From Methanobacteriota archaeon (GTDB lineage Archaea; Thermoplasmatota; Poseidoniia; Poseidoniales; Thalassarchaeaceae), in contig JAPOKZ010000001.1 of assembly GCA_029977385.1 (NCBI GenBank), forward strand, positions 22,741 to 86,740: 64,000 bases of DNA, in the 5' to 3' direction. How positions within the stretch are numbered: the first letter of the stretch is position 1; every line of letters starts with the position of its first letter. This document shows, one piece after another, positions 19,516 through 28,420 of the stretch. The translations under genes and the position numbers were made by a program. The notes beneath the pieces are model-generated. The model had not been told where the DNA came from, searched no databases, and saw only the letters and a list, made by a program, of their open reading frames with translations.

Positions 19516-21627
19516 ATGGGCTCCATGCATTCGGACGAGGGAACCTCCGAGGGCCGGGTAGACTGGCTCGCAGAGCAGTTAGAGAGGCACTCAGACCTCT
19601 ACTACAACAAAGCGGAACCCGAGATATCCGATGCAGATTTCGATGCATTGAGAGACGAGCTCCACCGCCTCTCGCCAGATCACCCCCAATTGACAAGGGT
19701 TGGTTCCGACCCTCCTCCGGGTTCTGAAAAGGTCGATCACCTATTCAGGATGATGAGCCTGGACAAGGCTACTTCGGACGAAGAAGTGTCGCACTTCGTT
19801 TCCGAGACCACCGCTAACGGCCGGAGGTTCGTATGTCAGCCAAAACTCGATGGCTCAGCCCTTTCCTTGGAATACCGTCGAGGTCGACTAATCAGAGCCG
19901 CCACCAGAGGAAATGGGAGTAGGGGGGAGGACGTAACCGCAAATGCAAGGAGGATGATGAACGTTCCAGAGAAACTCGGGTGGGACGGAGACTGTCACGT
20001 GAGGGGCGAGGTCGTGATGCCTCTTCAGGTATTCAGGGAGAAGTACTCAGAGATTGCTCCGAATCCCCGGAACCTTGCTGCAGGAGCTCTTAGACAGAAG
20101 TATACCGATGCAGGTAAGGGAAGCCCGAGGGACTTGACTTTCCTTGCTTATGGGGTAGAGTTCCCAAGCGACACGGACCGCCATCCGGATAGCCCGGAAC
20201 CTCCAGAGTTCATGCTTGACTCTGAGGTGATATCGTGGATCGAAGAGATGGGAATTCAGGTCGCAGGAAACAAAGTCGTTTCAGGCGACAGCGATACCAA
20301 CACCACCGAATCCATACTTTCGGTGACAAGGGACTGGCTCGAGTCGCGAGAGTCTGCGGAATGGGAAATCGATGGAGTCGTAATCAAGCTAGACCGACTG
20401 GACAAGAGAGGCCTCTTGGGTGAGACAGCACACCATCCTAGATGGGCTCTGGCATGGAAATTCCCAGCCGAGGAGGCAGTTACGGTTCTGATGGATGTCT
20501 TCTGGCAGACTGGTAGGACGGGCAACGTCACTCCCGTTTCACGAGTAGCACCAGTGGTGGTTTCTGGAGTAACAGTAGAGAATACGACCCTCCACAATAA
20601 AGGGGAGGTCGAGAGACTCGGGATAATGATTGGTGACAAGGTTAGAGTCGTCAGAAGAGGAGACGTCATACCAAAAATCACAGAGGTTCTAGGGCCAGCG
20701 CGCGAGAGTGATTTGATTGATAGGTCTCATGCAGATGGAACTACTTTCTCAGATTCACTCCCTACCAGGTGCGAGATACCAGTCCCCGAGGATTGCCCTA
20801 GGTGCTCAACCGACCTAATCGTGGATGGCGCATTCATCAGATGCACCAACATAGACTGCCCATCACGACTAGAGAGAGCCATTTTGTACTGGTGCAGAAA
20901 GCTGGGCATAGATGGAATAGGTGAGAAACTAGCAGAGCAACTATGCTCATCGGGGCTAGTCAAAGGTTTGGGGGACCTATACAGACTCGAGGACAGGGAG
21001 CAAGAACTAATCTCACTAGAGAGAATGGCTGAGAAGTCAGCCAGCAACGTCCTAGAAGAATTGAACACCACTAGGGCTATGACTTTCAGCACCTTCATCT
21101 CGGCACTGGGCCTGCCAAGGATTGGCCCCGAAATAGCAGCACTCGTCTGCGCAGAGGTGCGGACTCTAGATGAGTTGATCCAGATGACTGAAGAAAGACA
21201 GAAGGCAATCCAGCGCCTGGTTTCCATAGACAGGGTAGGAGAGACCGTGGCAAATCTCCTACTAGATGGGATTAATGACAGGAAGGAGGCGATAATTGAC
21301 CTGTATGAGCAGGTGGAAATCATCGAAGACGAGCAGACAACCGTTGACGGACTCCTTTCCGGTGCTTCCTTCTGCATTACAGGTACTCTGAGTAGACCAA
21401 GGAAGGAGATCGCACTCTCGATAAAGTCGGAGGGGGGCAAGGTCGTCTCATCGGTCTCCGGGAATCTAGATTTCTTGGTCGCAGGAGAGTCGTCAGGTTC
21501 GAAGTTGGACAAGGCCAACAGGCTTGGAGTCAGGGTCGTCTCGGAATCAGAGTTGGACGACATGCTTGGAGGGTCGATCCTAGAGGAACTTCCCCAAGAA
21601 AGACAGTCGACTCTGGGAGAGTTCTGA
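19516..21627 (+). CDS. ligA: NAD+-dependent DNA ligase
   Basis: YY...PEISDADFD (domain Ia), KLDG adenylation motif, ATRGNG..GEDVT, RGEV, NPRN.AAG, DGVVIK, PRWALAWKF, GRTG..TP, RGDVIP, Zn finger CPRC...C...C, HhH repeats, BRCT (ITGTLS..R...GGKV..SVS). Confidence 0.97.
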   Translation: MGSMHSDEGTSEGRVDWLAEQLERHSDLYYNKAEPEISDADFDALRDELHRLSPDHPQLTRVGSDPPPGSEKVDHLFRMMSLDKATSDEEVSHFVSETTANGRRFVCQPKLDGSALSLEYRRGRLIRAATRGNGSRGEDVTANARRMMNVPEKLGWDGDCHVRGEVVMPLQVFREKYSEIAPNPRNLAAGALRQKYTDAGKGSPRDLTFLAYGVEFPSDTDRHPDSPEPPEFMLDSEVISWIEEMGIQVAGNKVVSGDSDTNTTESILSVTRDWLESRESAEWEIDGVVIKLDRLDKRGLLGETAHHPRWALAWKFPAEEAVTVLMDVFWQTGRTGNVTPVSRVAPVVVSGVTVENTTLHNKGEVERLGIMIGDKVRVVRRGDVIPKITEVLGPARESDLIDRSHADGTTFSDSLPTRCEIPVPEDCPRCSTDLIVDGAFIRCTNIDCPSRLERAILYWCRKLGIDGIGEKLAEQLCSSGLVKGLGDLYRLEDREQELISLERMAEKSASNVLEELNTTRAMTFSTFISALGLPRIGPEIAALVCAEVRTLDELIQMTEERQKAIQRLVSIDRVGETVANLLLDGINDRKEAIIDLYEQVEIIEDEQTTVDGLLSGASFCITGTLSRPRKEIALSIKSEGGKVVSSVSGNLDFLVAGESSGSKLDKANRLGVRVVSESELDDMLGGSILEELPQERQSTLGEF

Positions 21628-22431
21628 TTATCCGTACATCCCTGTTGAAGCACCACTACTCTCCTGAGGGGGGTTCAGATGCAAAGCCATCATCTCACGT
21701 ATCTGTCCTTCAATTCTCTGGGCCTCCTCCATCAGGGGTTCCGGATCAAGGTGGACTGCAGGGAGAAGTCCGTCCAAGCACCCGATAATTCCCGCGGCTG
21801 CTCGGGCATCGGGAATCGTTCCCTGACCAATCTCACCATCGGACTCTGCCAATATCGCCAGTGCGTCTATTCCTCTCCTCCTGCACTCTCCCATCATCAC
21901 TCCGGTCATACCCCCCACTACTCCTTGTTTCAGGAGCGGGACACCGATTCCCTTGAGCAGATCGTGAGTCGAATCCGTAGATCCAATCCCTAGTATAGAA
22001 TCCACACCCGGATCATCGTCGAATATGCTATGCAGACTCTCGATTCCATGAGCGAATGAATCTACCATTATCGTAGAGCTCACCCCCGAATCCTCAATCC
22101 AGTCGATGATTCCAGAGGACAATGGAAGATTGAGCTCAGATGGAATCTGTATCTCTGATGCGATAAGAACAACCTTGTCACACTTCTCCATGTTGCATAT
22201 AGGATCCCCAGCATAGAATCTCAAAGGAGGCAGGGGCTTACCATCCTGGACCAAGCACATCGGGGGAAGATTCGGGTGTCTGACACCTCCAACGAGCTCC
22301 AACTCTAGCTTTTCCACCAAGAAGTGCGCTACTATACTGCTTACGAATCCGACCGATGGGAAACAACTTACCAGAAGGGCACCAGAAGCATTCACATCAT
22401 CTCCAACCTCGACCAAAGGGGCCCCTTGCAT
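21628..22431 (-). CDS. PAC2-family proteasome assembly chaperone/activator (paralog A, ends ...GMYG)
   Basis: FPSVGFVSSI, PPLRFY, GVVGGMTGVM, PDARAA, L..EAQRIE; start ATG 22431 (TTAAC box 28 nt upstream). Confidence 0.9.
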   Translation of the reverse strand: MQGAPLVEVGDDVNASGALLVSCFPSVGFVSSIVAHFLVEKLELELVGGVRHPNLPPMCLVQDGKPLPPLRFYAGDPICNMEKCDKVVLIASEIQIPSELNLPLSSGIIDWIEDSGVSSTIMVDSFAHGIESLHSIFDDDPGVDSILGIGSTDSTHDLLKGIGVPLLKQGVVGGMTGVMMGECRRRGIDALAILAESDGEIGQGTIPDARAAAGIIGCLDGLLPAVHLDPEPLMEEAQRIEGQIREMMALHLNPPQESSGASTGMYG

Positions 22432-22501
22432 GATTCTAGAAAACACTCAATGGTGTTAATCGTTGTTACCGACCCGACTCGATTCTGAGGACAGTGGTGA
22501 G

Positions 22502-23653
22502 ATGGGAGGAAAGACACACGATTTCCAGATTTCTCCATCCTCATGGAACAGATTTGAGGAATGTCCCAGAAAATACTGGCTATCCAGACAGAGGCTTCCT
22601 CGCAAGGCCAGTATGGCCGCCTCAATGGGTACGGCTATACACAACTCAGTAGAAGACCTGTGTAACCTAGATATTTCTGATAGGGATGATGACGAAACCG
22701 GCTGGCTACACTCTTGCTCTAGAGAGACTTTGGAGAAGAGGTGGGAGGAGGAAAAGATCCTGTTCTCGGAGACTCCCAGGCATCCTAGATGGAAGGACGA
22801 GTCATTCTCAACAGCGCTCGATGGACTGATAGGTGCAATCTCCATTCTTTTCGATAAGGCCATGCTACCAGTGGAGGGACTATCCTCAGTCAGCGTAAAG
22901 ACTTGGAAGCAAGTTCAGGATATTGTTGTAGCAACCGAAGAGAGGCTCGAGTCTCAATGTGGACGATTGATAGGACGACTAGATCTCCTGATCAAGGATC
23001 TTGAGGACGAGGTTAACGATAGCTTGATCGTAGCAGATCTGAAGACTGGAAAACCACCAGAAGAAGAACTTAGCGAGAATGTAAGCAGGCAATTACTATT
23101 CTACAGGGACCTAATGAAGCAGAATGTAGCAGAAGAGCAGGCTCTGCGAGCAGAGGGTTGGTACTCTTCCAATAAGTCAGTCTACAGAACTGAAGGGCCG
23201 GCTATCCTAGAAGAAGCAATACAGGCATGGGGAATGATGAAACTGACTGAAACCCCATTCCATGCCACTCCTAGCGAAGAATCCTGTTCATTCTGCGAGT
23301 GGAAGGCATGGTGTCCTAGTTGGTGGAAAGCGAAGTACGATGGAGAACTCAGCCACGAGGGGATGTTCAGAGACGAGGTCGTAAGACTGGTCAGATTTGA
23401 TCAGGAATCGGGCGCGGCTCTGTTCGAGCGAACGACACCTATCGGAGATGAGGGAGAACTTAGAGGGTCGGACCACCGCTTTGGAGCGCTTCTAAAAGGG
23501 ACCAGCCTCGAAAAGATTAGACAAATGGACCAAGTAGAATTGGATGGATACCTATTCCTTGGTAGCATAATGATCGGGAGCAAGACCGCACGTATGGGAG
23601 ATTGGTCAGAAATACTGCCTTGGTCACCTCTACTCCAGTCTGTGAGAAATTGA
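22502..23653 (+). CDS. PD-(D/E)XK nuclease of the Cas4/AddB/Dna2-like Fe-S type with C-terminal beta domain
   Basis: SPSSWNRFEECPRKY, GTAIH, GRLDLL, ADLKTG, QLLFY, CSFCEWKAWC (1+3 Cys). Start ATG 22502 after GGTGA (track start 22463). Confidence 0.88.
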   Translation: MGGKTHDFQISPSSWNRFEECPRKYWLSRQRLPRKASMAASMGTAIHNSVEDLCNLDISDRDDDETGWLHSCSRETLEKRWEEEKILFSETPRHPRWKDESFSTALDGLIGAISILFDKAMLPVEGLSSVSVKTWKQVQDIVVATEERLESQCGRLIGRLDLLIKDLEDEVNDSLIVADLKTGKPPEEELSENVSRQLLFYRDLMKQNVAEEQALRAEGWYSSNKSVYRTEGPAILEEAIQAWGMMKLTETPFHATPSEESCSFCEWKAWCPSWWKAKYDGELSHEGMFRDEVVRLVRFDQESGAALFERTTPIGDEGELRGSDHRFGALLKGTSLEKIRQMDQVELDGYLFLGSIMIGSKTARMGDWSEILPWSPLLQSVRN

Positions 23654-24217
23654 GTTCAAAACATCTCGAGCTTCTCCCTCGAACCTTTCAGGAAATTCGA
23701 CCATGAACCTCCAAAGAAGGAGGAGGGTTGCTCCAGCATCAGCATCCGCACTGTGGGCTCTCTCAAGGGATATCCCAAATCGTTCGCAAAGAACACCTAG
23801 CTTGTGACCTCCCGGAATACCAAGGCTCCTTGCCAACTCGAGGGTATCCACAAGAGCTAGCGGAGATGGCATCTCCCTTCCAATCCGCATGCATTCCATT
23901 TCTAGGAATCTCCAGTCGAATGATACAACATTATGGCCTACAATTATTGCACCTTCAATCATCGCGGAGATTGAGTCCACGTGCTCATCGAAACTTCCCA
24001 AGTCCCTCACATCCTCGTCAAATATTCCATGCACTTCACTAGACTGTAGGGGTATCCTGCACCCGGGATTCACTAGCGATTGTAGACTAAGTTGGGAGCC
24101 ATCCGAATCACTTCCAACTAGTGCGTACTGCACTACTCTATCCTGTCTAGGATTGAATCCAGTTGTCTCTAAATCGAATCCGAGAACCCTGAACCCCCCA
24201 AGAATATCAGAGACCAC
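23630..24217 (-). CDS. DEDDh 3'-5' exonuclease (DnaQ/PolC-epsilon-like)
   Basis: Exo I FDLETTG, Exo II GHNVVSFD, Exo III HSADAD. Confidence 0.92.
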   Translation of the reverse strand: MVSDILGGFRVLGFDLETTGFNPRQDRVVQYALVGSDSDGSQLSLQSLVNPGCRIPLQSSEVHGIFDEDVRDLGSFDEHVDSISAMIEGAIIVGHNVVSFDWRFLEMECMRIGREMPSPLALVDTLELARSLGIPGGHKLGVLCERFGISLERAHSADADAGATLLLLWRFMVEFPERFEGEARDVLNSISHRLE

Positions 24218-24315
24218 GTCCCCACGCTACCGGCACCATCCATGAACTCTACCAAAGCCAGCCTTGACTGTCCGTTGTCCAACACGCATATGAGTGACCT
24301 TTGATTTCTGGTAGC

Positions 24316-25485
24316 ATGATGGGACACAGCCAAAGACTAACCACGCTTCTTGCAATGCTGATGATTTCCCACACTCTGGCGGGATGCGGAGGCATTGGTC
24401 CCGGTAGCCCAAATGCGGCCCTCACATCTGATAGGCTCACTGTTAATACAGGAGAGACGATAAATTTCGATGCACGCTCTTCGACCACTCCTAATCCAAC
24501 GATAATTGATGAATTCAGATGGAACTTTGGTGATGGTGAGAGGAAGACAACAAAGCAGGGCGTCATCAGTCATGCATTCTCAGAGGCAGGAAACTTCGAA
24601 GTGACAGTTGAAGTGTTCAATGATAATGGCGATTCAGACTCAGCCAGCATCCTCGTTTTCGTCAATGCGATTCCAGAAATCATCCTCAACATCCCAGATT
24701 ACGTAAAGACAGGACAAGAAGCTAGACTGGACGCTAGCGACTCCTTCGATCCAGAGGGAGGGGGTGTGGAGATTGTATGGGATTTCGATGCGAATACCGA
24801 TTCAGACGGTGACAGCGACCCACTCAACGACGCTGATGGCAGCGGCCCAGTGACTAGACTCACCGTTACCGAAGCCGGGAATATCACGGGGGCTGTAACA
24901 GTCTCAGACGATAGTGGAGGTAAGAATACCACCCTCTGGACTCTCAGAGTTGTCTCTCGTACGTTCAGGATTGTTTGGGAAGAGGTGTTCGTAGACTATG
25001 AATGGTCTGGATACCTTGAACAGGGCGATACACACGAGATACAATTCCAACCCGGGGAAGACTCCCGACTGATCGATGTCACCGCAACTCTCACTCTAAC
25101 CAGAGACATCCTCCCGATTACATGGCCGGAGGACAACTTCACTCTAGAGGTCGATATCCCTTCGTCAGGATGGTCATTCACAGTTGTTACAACTCAAGAA
25201 AACATCACAGAGAACTCATCAGCTACAATCGAGAGGGTCGAAATGAATCCTTCCCCAGAGTCTGACTACACCGTTTTCGCAGACTCTAAGGAAGAGCTGG
25301 AGCAGTCACTTCTCGGAGATCCCGATGGAAGATTTGGACAGGGAGACTGGTTCTGGAGGATAACCGCAATGGAGTGTGATCCTGATACTCCGGTGGATGG
25401 CGTAGATCCCGACCAAGGTAACGACTGGACCCTCGAGGCTCAGTTCGTAGTACTAGTCTTAAGGATCAGTGAAGTAAGCGTCTGA
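24316..25485 (+). CDS. PKD-domain lipoprotein
   Basis: Lipobox LAGC; FDARSS, WNFGDG, HAFSEAG.F.VTV.V, second PKD LDASDSFDPEG...WDFD; acidic C-terminal beta domain. Confidence 0.85.
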   Translation: MMGHSQRLTTLLAMLMISHTLAGCGGIGPGSPNAALTSDRLTVNTGETINFDARSSTTPNPTIIDEFRWNFGDGERKTTKQGVISHAFSEAGNFEVTVEVFNDNGDSDSASILVFVNAIPEIILNIPDYVKTGQEARLDASDSFDPEGGGVEIVWDFDANTDSDGDSDPLNDADGSGPVTRLTVTEAGNITGAVTVSDDSGGKNTTLWTLRVVSRTFRIVWEEVFVDYEWSGYLEQGDTHEIQFQPGEDSRLIDVTATLTLTRDILPITWPEDNFTLEVDIPSSGWSFTVVTTQENITENSSATIERVEMNPSPESDYTVFADSKEELEQSLLGDPDGRFGQGDWFWRITAMECDPDTPVDGVDPDQGNDWTLEAQFVVLVLRISEVSV

Positions 25486-25530
25486 TGTCAGCGAGCGAAG
25501 ACCTTTCAACCCCCAGTCATTGGCATTATC

Positions 25531-25881
25531 GTGGCAAAGTCGATTGAGATCACCAAGGTATCCATTCGAGAACGCCTAGTCGTAGATGCGAAGGTGGGCA
25601 TGAAGGACCCTCAGGACTACGACTTCTCACCTAGAGCAAGCCTCTCTGGAACCACTCTGAGCATAGTTAACGAGTCCGGAGACCCCTCTTCCACTATCGA
25701 GCTAGACGAGGAGCAGATCATAACTGCTGAGAGGGATCGGATGCTGGAACTTAGGGTCAAGTTCAATGTACAAGGTATGCATGGTGTACTTACTCATAGG
25801 ACACCACAGCCGATGACTGGTCCGAAGTCGAAGAAGCTAGCCGAGCCAAGTTGGAAGACCGTCCTACCTCTTTCAATGTGA
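25531..25881 (+). CDS. Hypothetical protein
   Basis: 116-aa ORF with GTG start 26 nt after a TTCAAC box; biased codon usage like neighbouring genes. Confidence 0.7.
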   Translation: MAKSIEITKVSIRERLVVDAKVGMKDPQDYDFSPRASLSGTTLSIVNESGDPSSTIELDEEQIITAERDRMLELRVKFNVQGMHGVLTHRTPQPMTGPKSKKLAEPSWKTVLPLSM

Positions 25882-25928
25882 TTTTGCACCGTCGAGATTA
25901 AGCCGGATCATACAGTCCAACGGACGCT

Positions 25929-26005
25929 GGACCCATAGTGTAGCCTGGATATCACATGAGCTTGCGGAGCTTGTAACCCGTGTTCGAATCGCGGTGGGTC
26001 CGCCA
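25929..26005 (+). tRNA. tRNA-Arg(GCG), CCA encoded
   Basis: Acceptor GGACCCA/TGGGTCC, anticodon arm TGAGC-TTGCGGA-GCTTG, T arm CCGTG-TTCGAAT-CGCGG, ends GCCA. Confidence 0.96.
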
Positions 26006-26061
26006 CCTGAGTTGAGAAAGAGGGGCGACCCATTGAATAGTGAGGATACTAGGCGGATTCA

Positions 26062-26138
26062 GGACCCATAGTGTAGCCTGGATATCACTCTAGCCTCCGG
26101 AGCTGGAAACCCGTGTTCGAATCGCGGTGGGTCCGCCA
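26062..26138 (+). tRNA. tRNA-Arg(CCG), CCA encoded
   Basis: Same body as the previous tRNA; anticodon arm CTAGC-CTCCGGA-GCTGG. Confidence 0.96.
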
Positions 26139-26177
26139 TTCCATAACAGCCTTCAACCATGGCTTCCTGTCATCGTC

Positions 26178-26594
26178 ATGGCATTCATCTCAAAGAGGCG
26201 AATCGACTTCCCTATGGTAGACCTAGCGAAAATAGTCTACTACCCACGTTTCTGGGACCTGGCCCATAGGTTCTACGAGGAGTCATGGGAATACACCTGT
26301 GGCATGCACTACAACGAAATCCTCTTTGAGAAGAAGATTGCATTTCCACTAGTCCATAGTGAGGCCGTGTTCCTCCATCCCATCTCCTACGGCGATACTG
26401 TGGAGTGCACAATCACGGTGCCCAGAATTGGAGAAACCTCGATTTCATGGCATTACGAGTTCAGGAACCAGAATGGTACACTCTGCTGGACGGCAGACCA
26501 AGTCACGGTCTGCACAGATATGAACGAGGTCAAGAGGAAGATGACCGTCCCCGATTGGATGAGGGATTGCCTAGCTAAGATTCGATCATCATGA
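26178..26594 (+). CDS. Hotdog-fold acyl-CoA thioesterase (4HBT/YbgC family)
   Basis: DLAKIVYYPRF, PLVHSEAVFLHPISYGD, RIGETSI. Start ATG 26178; the track start lies inside the tRNA. Confidence 0.88.
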   Translation: MAFISKRRIDFPMVDLAKIVYYPRFWDLAHRFYEESWEYTCGMHYNEILFEKKIAFPLVHSEAVFLHPISYGDTVECTITVPRIGETSISWHYEFRNQNGTLCWTADQVTVCTDMNEVKRKMTVPDWMRDCLAKIRSS

Positions 26595-26984
26595 CTACTC
26601 TCTGGGCCACTTCTTCGATAGCGCCTTAGTCAGCGACTCGTCCATCGTGGCATCCCACCAGTTAGCCTCTCTCCAGACTGCATACTTGCCCCTTATTCCC
26701 CTCATATCCGCTCCATCCAGCCTAGCTCCCTGGAGGTTGGAAAGGCCCAGTCTGGCCTTCACCATCCTAGCCCCTCTAAGATCGGCACCATCCAGCGCCG
26801 CCTTCATGAGGTTGGCACCCTTCAGAGACGCATTTCTCAGATCAGCACCAGAAAGGTCTGCACCCTCCAAATCGGCCCTATCCAGAATCGCTCTCCTGAG
26901 GTTGGCACCGGATAGGTCAACTCCTCGCAAGTCCTCTCCTACATGCGATGTGAATGACCAGTCCTTGCTATTTTCTTCCATCAC
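26595..26984 (-). CDS. Pentapeptide-repeat protein
   Basis: Tandem A(D/N)L(S/R/E)G pentapeptides (DLRGVDLSGANLRRAILDRADLEGADLSGADLRNA...). Confidence 0.92.
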   Translation of the reverse strand: MMEENSKDWSFTSHVGEDLRGVDLSGANLRRAILDRADLEGADLSGADLRNASLKGANLMKAALDGADLRGARMVKARLGLSNLQGARLDGADMRGIRGKYAVWREANWWDATMDESLTKALSKKWPRE

Positions 26985-26987
26985 ATC

Positions 26988-27539
26988 TCACCTCTTGAGA
27001 GACAACTGGTCTAGATGGTCTCTTCCTGCTTCAGTAAGAACCACGAACGCATTCTTCCTAGGCCTTCTTCTAGGATATTCCAAGAAAGACCCAGAGCCAC
27101 CCAGACCCCCTTCAAGCATTCTCCCTATGTACAATGATACATTCCATTTCTTCACGGATCTCTTTGTCCACTTGCCAGTTTCTTCAATCAGCCTCCTTAT
27201 TTCTCTAGGCGGGGTGTTCCCCTCTTTCTCTACGGACCTCATATACTGAATCGCGGCCAGAATCACATCAGACTTATTCTCGACTCCACACGAGTCTAGT
27301 AGTCTGGCAAAAGAAGAACCTCTGTCCGGAAAGCCACTCGACCTGATAGCCTCGAGAGTCATCTCCATGGCCTCCTGCCTTGCAATCCTAACACGCGAGA
27401 GCGTAGAAGACCAAGTATCCTGACTGGTAACCTTCAGCCACCTATCACTCGCCTCTTTGGTGTAGTCAGCAAGATTGATGTCCTGAGAACCGAGTCTTAG
27501 GAAGAGTCCCCCAAGCTCCTTGACATCCTTTGCAGACAT
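26988..27539 (-). CDS. Hypothetical protein with probable C-terminal winged-helix
   Basis: Basic C-terminus: helix, NVSLYIGRMLE, wing ...VVLTEAGRDHL resembling wHTH ends. Confidence 0.6.
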   Translation of the reverse strand: MSAKDVKELGGLFLRLGSQDINLADYTKEASDRWLKVTSQDTWSSTLSRVRIARQEAMEMTLEAIRSSGFPDRGSSFARLLDSCGVENKSDVILAAIQYMRSVEKEGNTPPREIRRLIEETGKWTKRSVKKWNVSLYIGRMLEGGLGGSGSFLEYPRRRPRKNAFVVLTEAGRDHLDQLSLKR

Positions 27540-27652
27540 GATAATCCCTACAAGTTGTCACTTATCAGGTTATTTTTTTCTATATTTCCTTAACATCTCT
27601 TAGATAATGAAGCATCCGTGAAATTCAAAGAGCGCCAGCACAACGAAACCTC

Positions 27653-28420
27653 ATGAGCGCGGAATCTGGCGACGGCTATCCATTGGTTTTGCACTCCGAG
27701 GCAGACCCCTCCAGATTGGGGGGAACAGCAGTGTGCGGCTTCTCAACGGTGGGCTCGGTTGGAGTCATTTCCACATCTCATCTCATCAGCTCTCTGCAGC
27801 TCAGCCCAATGGGCACTGTTCTCCATCCTAAGTTCCCTGCAGTAGCACTGATTCACGATTCTGTTCCTAAGCATCCGGTGAGAGTTTACCAAGGCGATGG
27901 AATTGGTGTCTTCACATCGGAAATCCAATTCACCAGCGAACATGATTCCTACTTTGCCAATACTGTTCTCGAATGGTTCACCAAAGGAGGTTTCGACAGA
28001 TTGATTGTAATTGATGGAGTCGTTAGCAATGATTTGGGGATTAAGGAGGACAGCGAACTTTGGGGGGTATCCTCTACATCGATAGGTCGTGACCAACTTG
28101 ACAATTCGAGCATTCAGAGGATTCAGCAAGGAGTAGTCACTGGAATAGCCGGATACCTCATCGCCGAGGGAGAAAGGAGAGGGTTGGACGTCACCGCACT
28201 GTTGGCGGAGTGCAACCCAATGTATCCCGATGCAAGAGCCGCCCTGATTGCTGTAGAGGGTCTGAGCGAGTTGGTCGGGATCGAGGTCCCCGTCGAGGGG
28301 CTGCTAGAGGATGCGAGGAACATAGAAGAAAGAGTTAGGGAGGCCTTCGAAAAAGCCCATTCAAACGCTCTTCCGGCACCCGGCTCAGATGACGATGAGG
28401 ACGACGTACCAATGTACTGA
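27653..28420 (+). CDS. PAC2-family proteasome assembly chaperone (paralog B, ends ...VPMY)
   Basis: GFSTVGSVGVI, HPVRVY, GVVTGIAGYL, YPDARAA, L.EDA..IE. Confidence 0.9.
   Translation: MSAESGDGYPLVLHSEADPSRLGGTAVCGFSTVGSVGVISTSHLISSLQLSPMGTVLHPKFPAVALIHDSVPKHPVRVYQGDGIGVFTSEIQFTSEHDSYFANTVLEWFTKGGFDRLIVIDGVVSNDLGIKEDSELWGVSSTSIGRDQLDNSSIQRIQQGVVTGIAGYLIAEGERRGLDVTALLAECNPMYPDARAALIAVEGLSELVGIEVPVEGLLEDARNIEERVREAFEKAHSNALPAPGSDDDEDDVPMY

Noticed and set aside
19127..19696. 189-aa minus-strand ORF
   Set aside because: Spans rpoN, tRNA-Pro and ligA antisense; spurious.
20727..21656. 309-aa minus-strand ORF
   Set aside because: Antisense shadow of ligA.
22502..23653. Cas4-like nuclease as a sign of a CRISPR-Cas locus
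   Set aside because: No cas1/cas2 or effector genes and no repeat-spacer array anywhere in the window.
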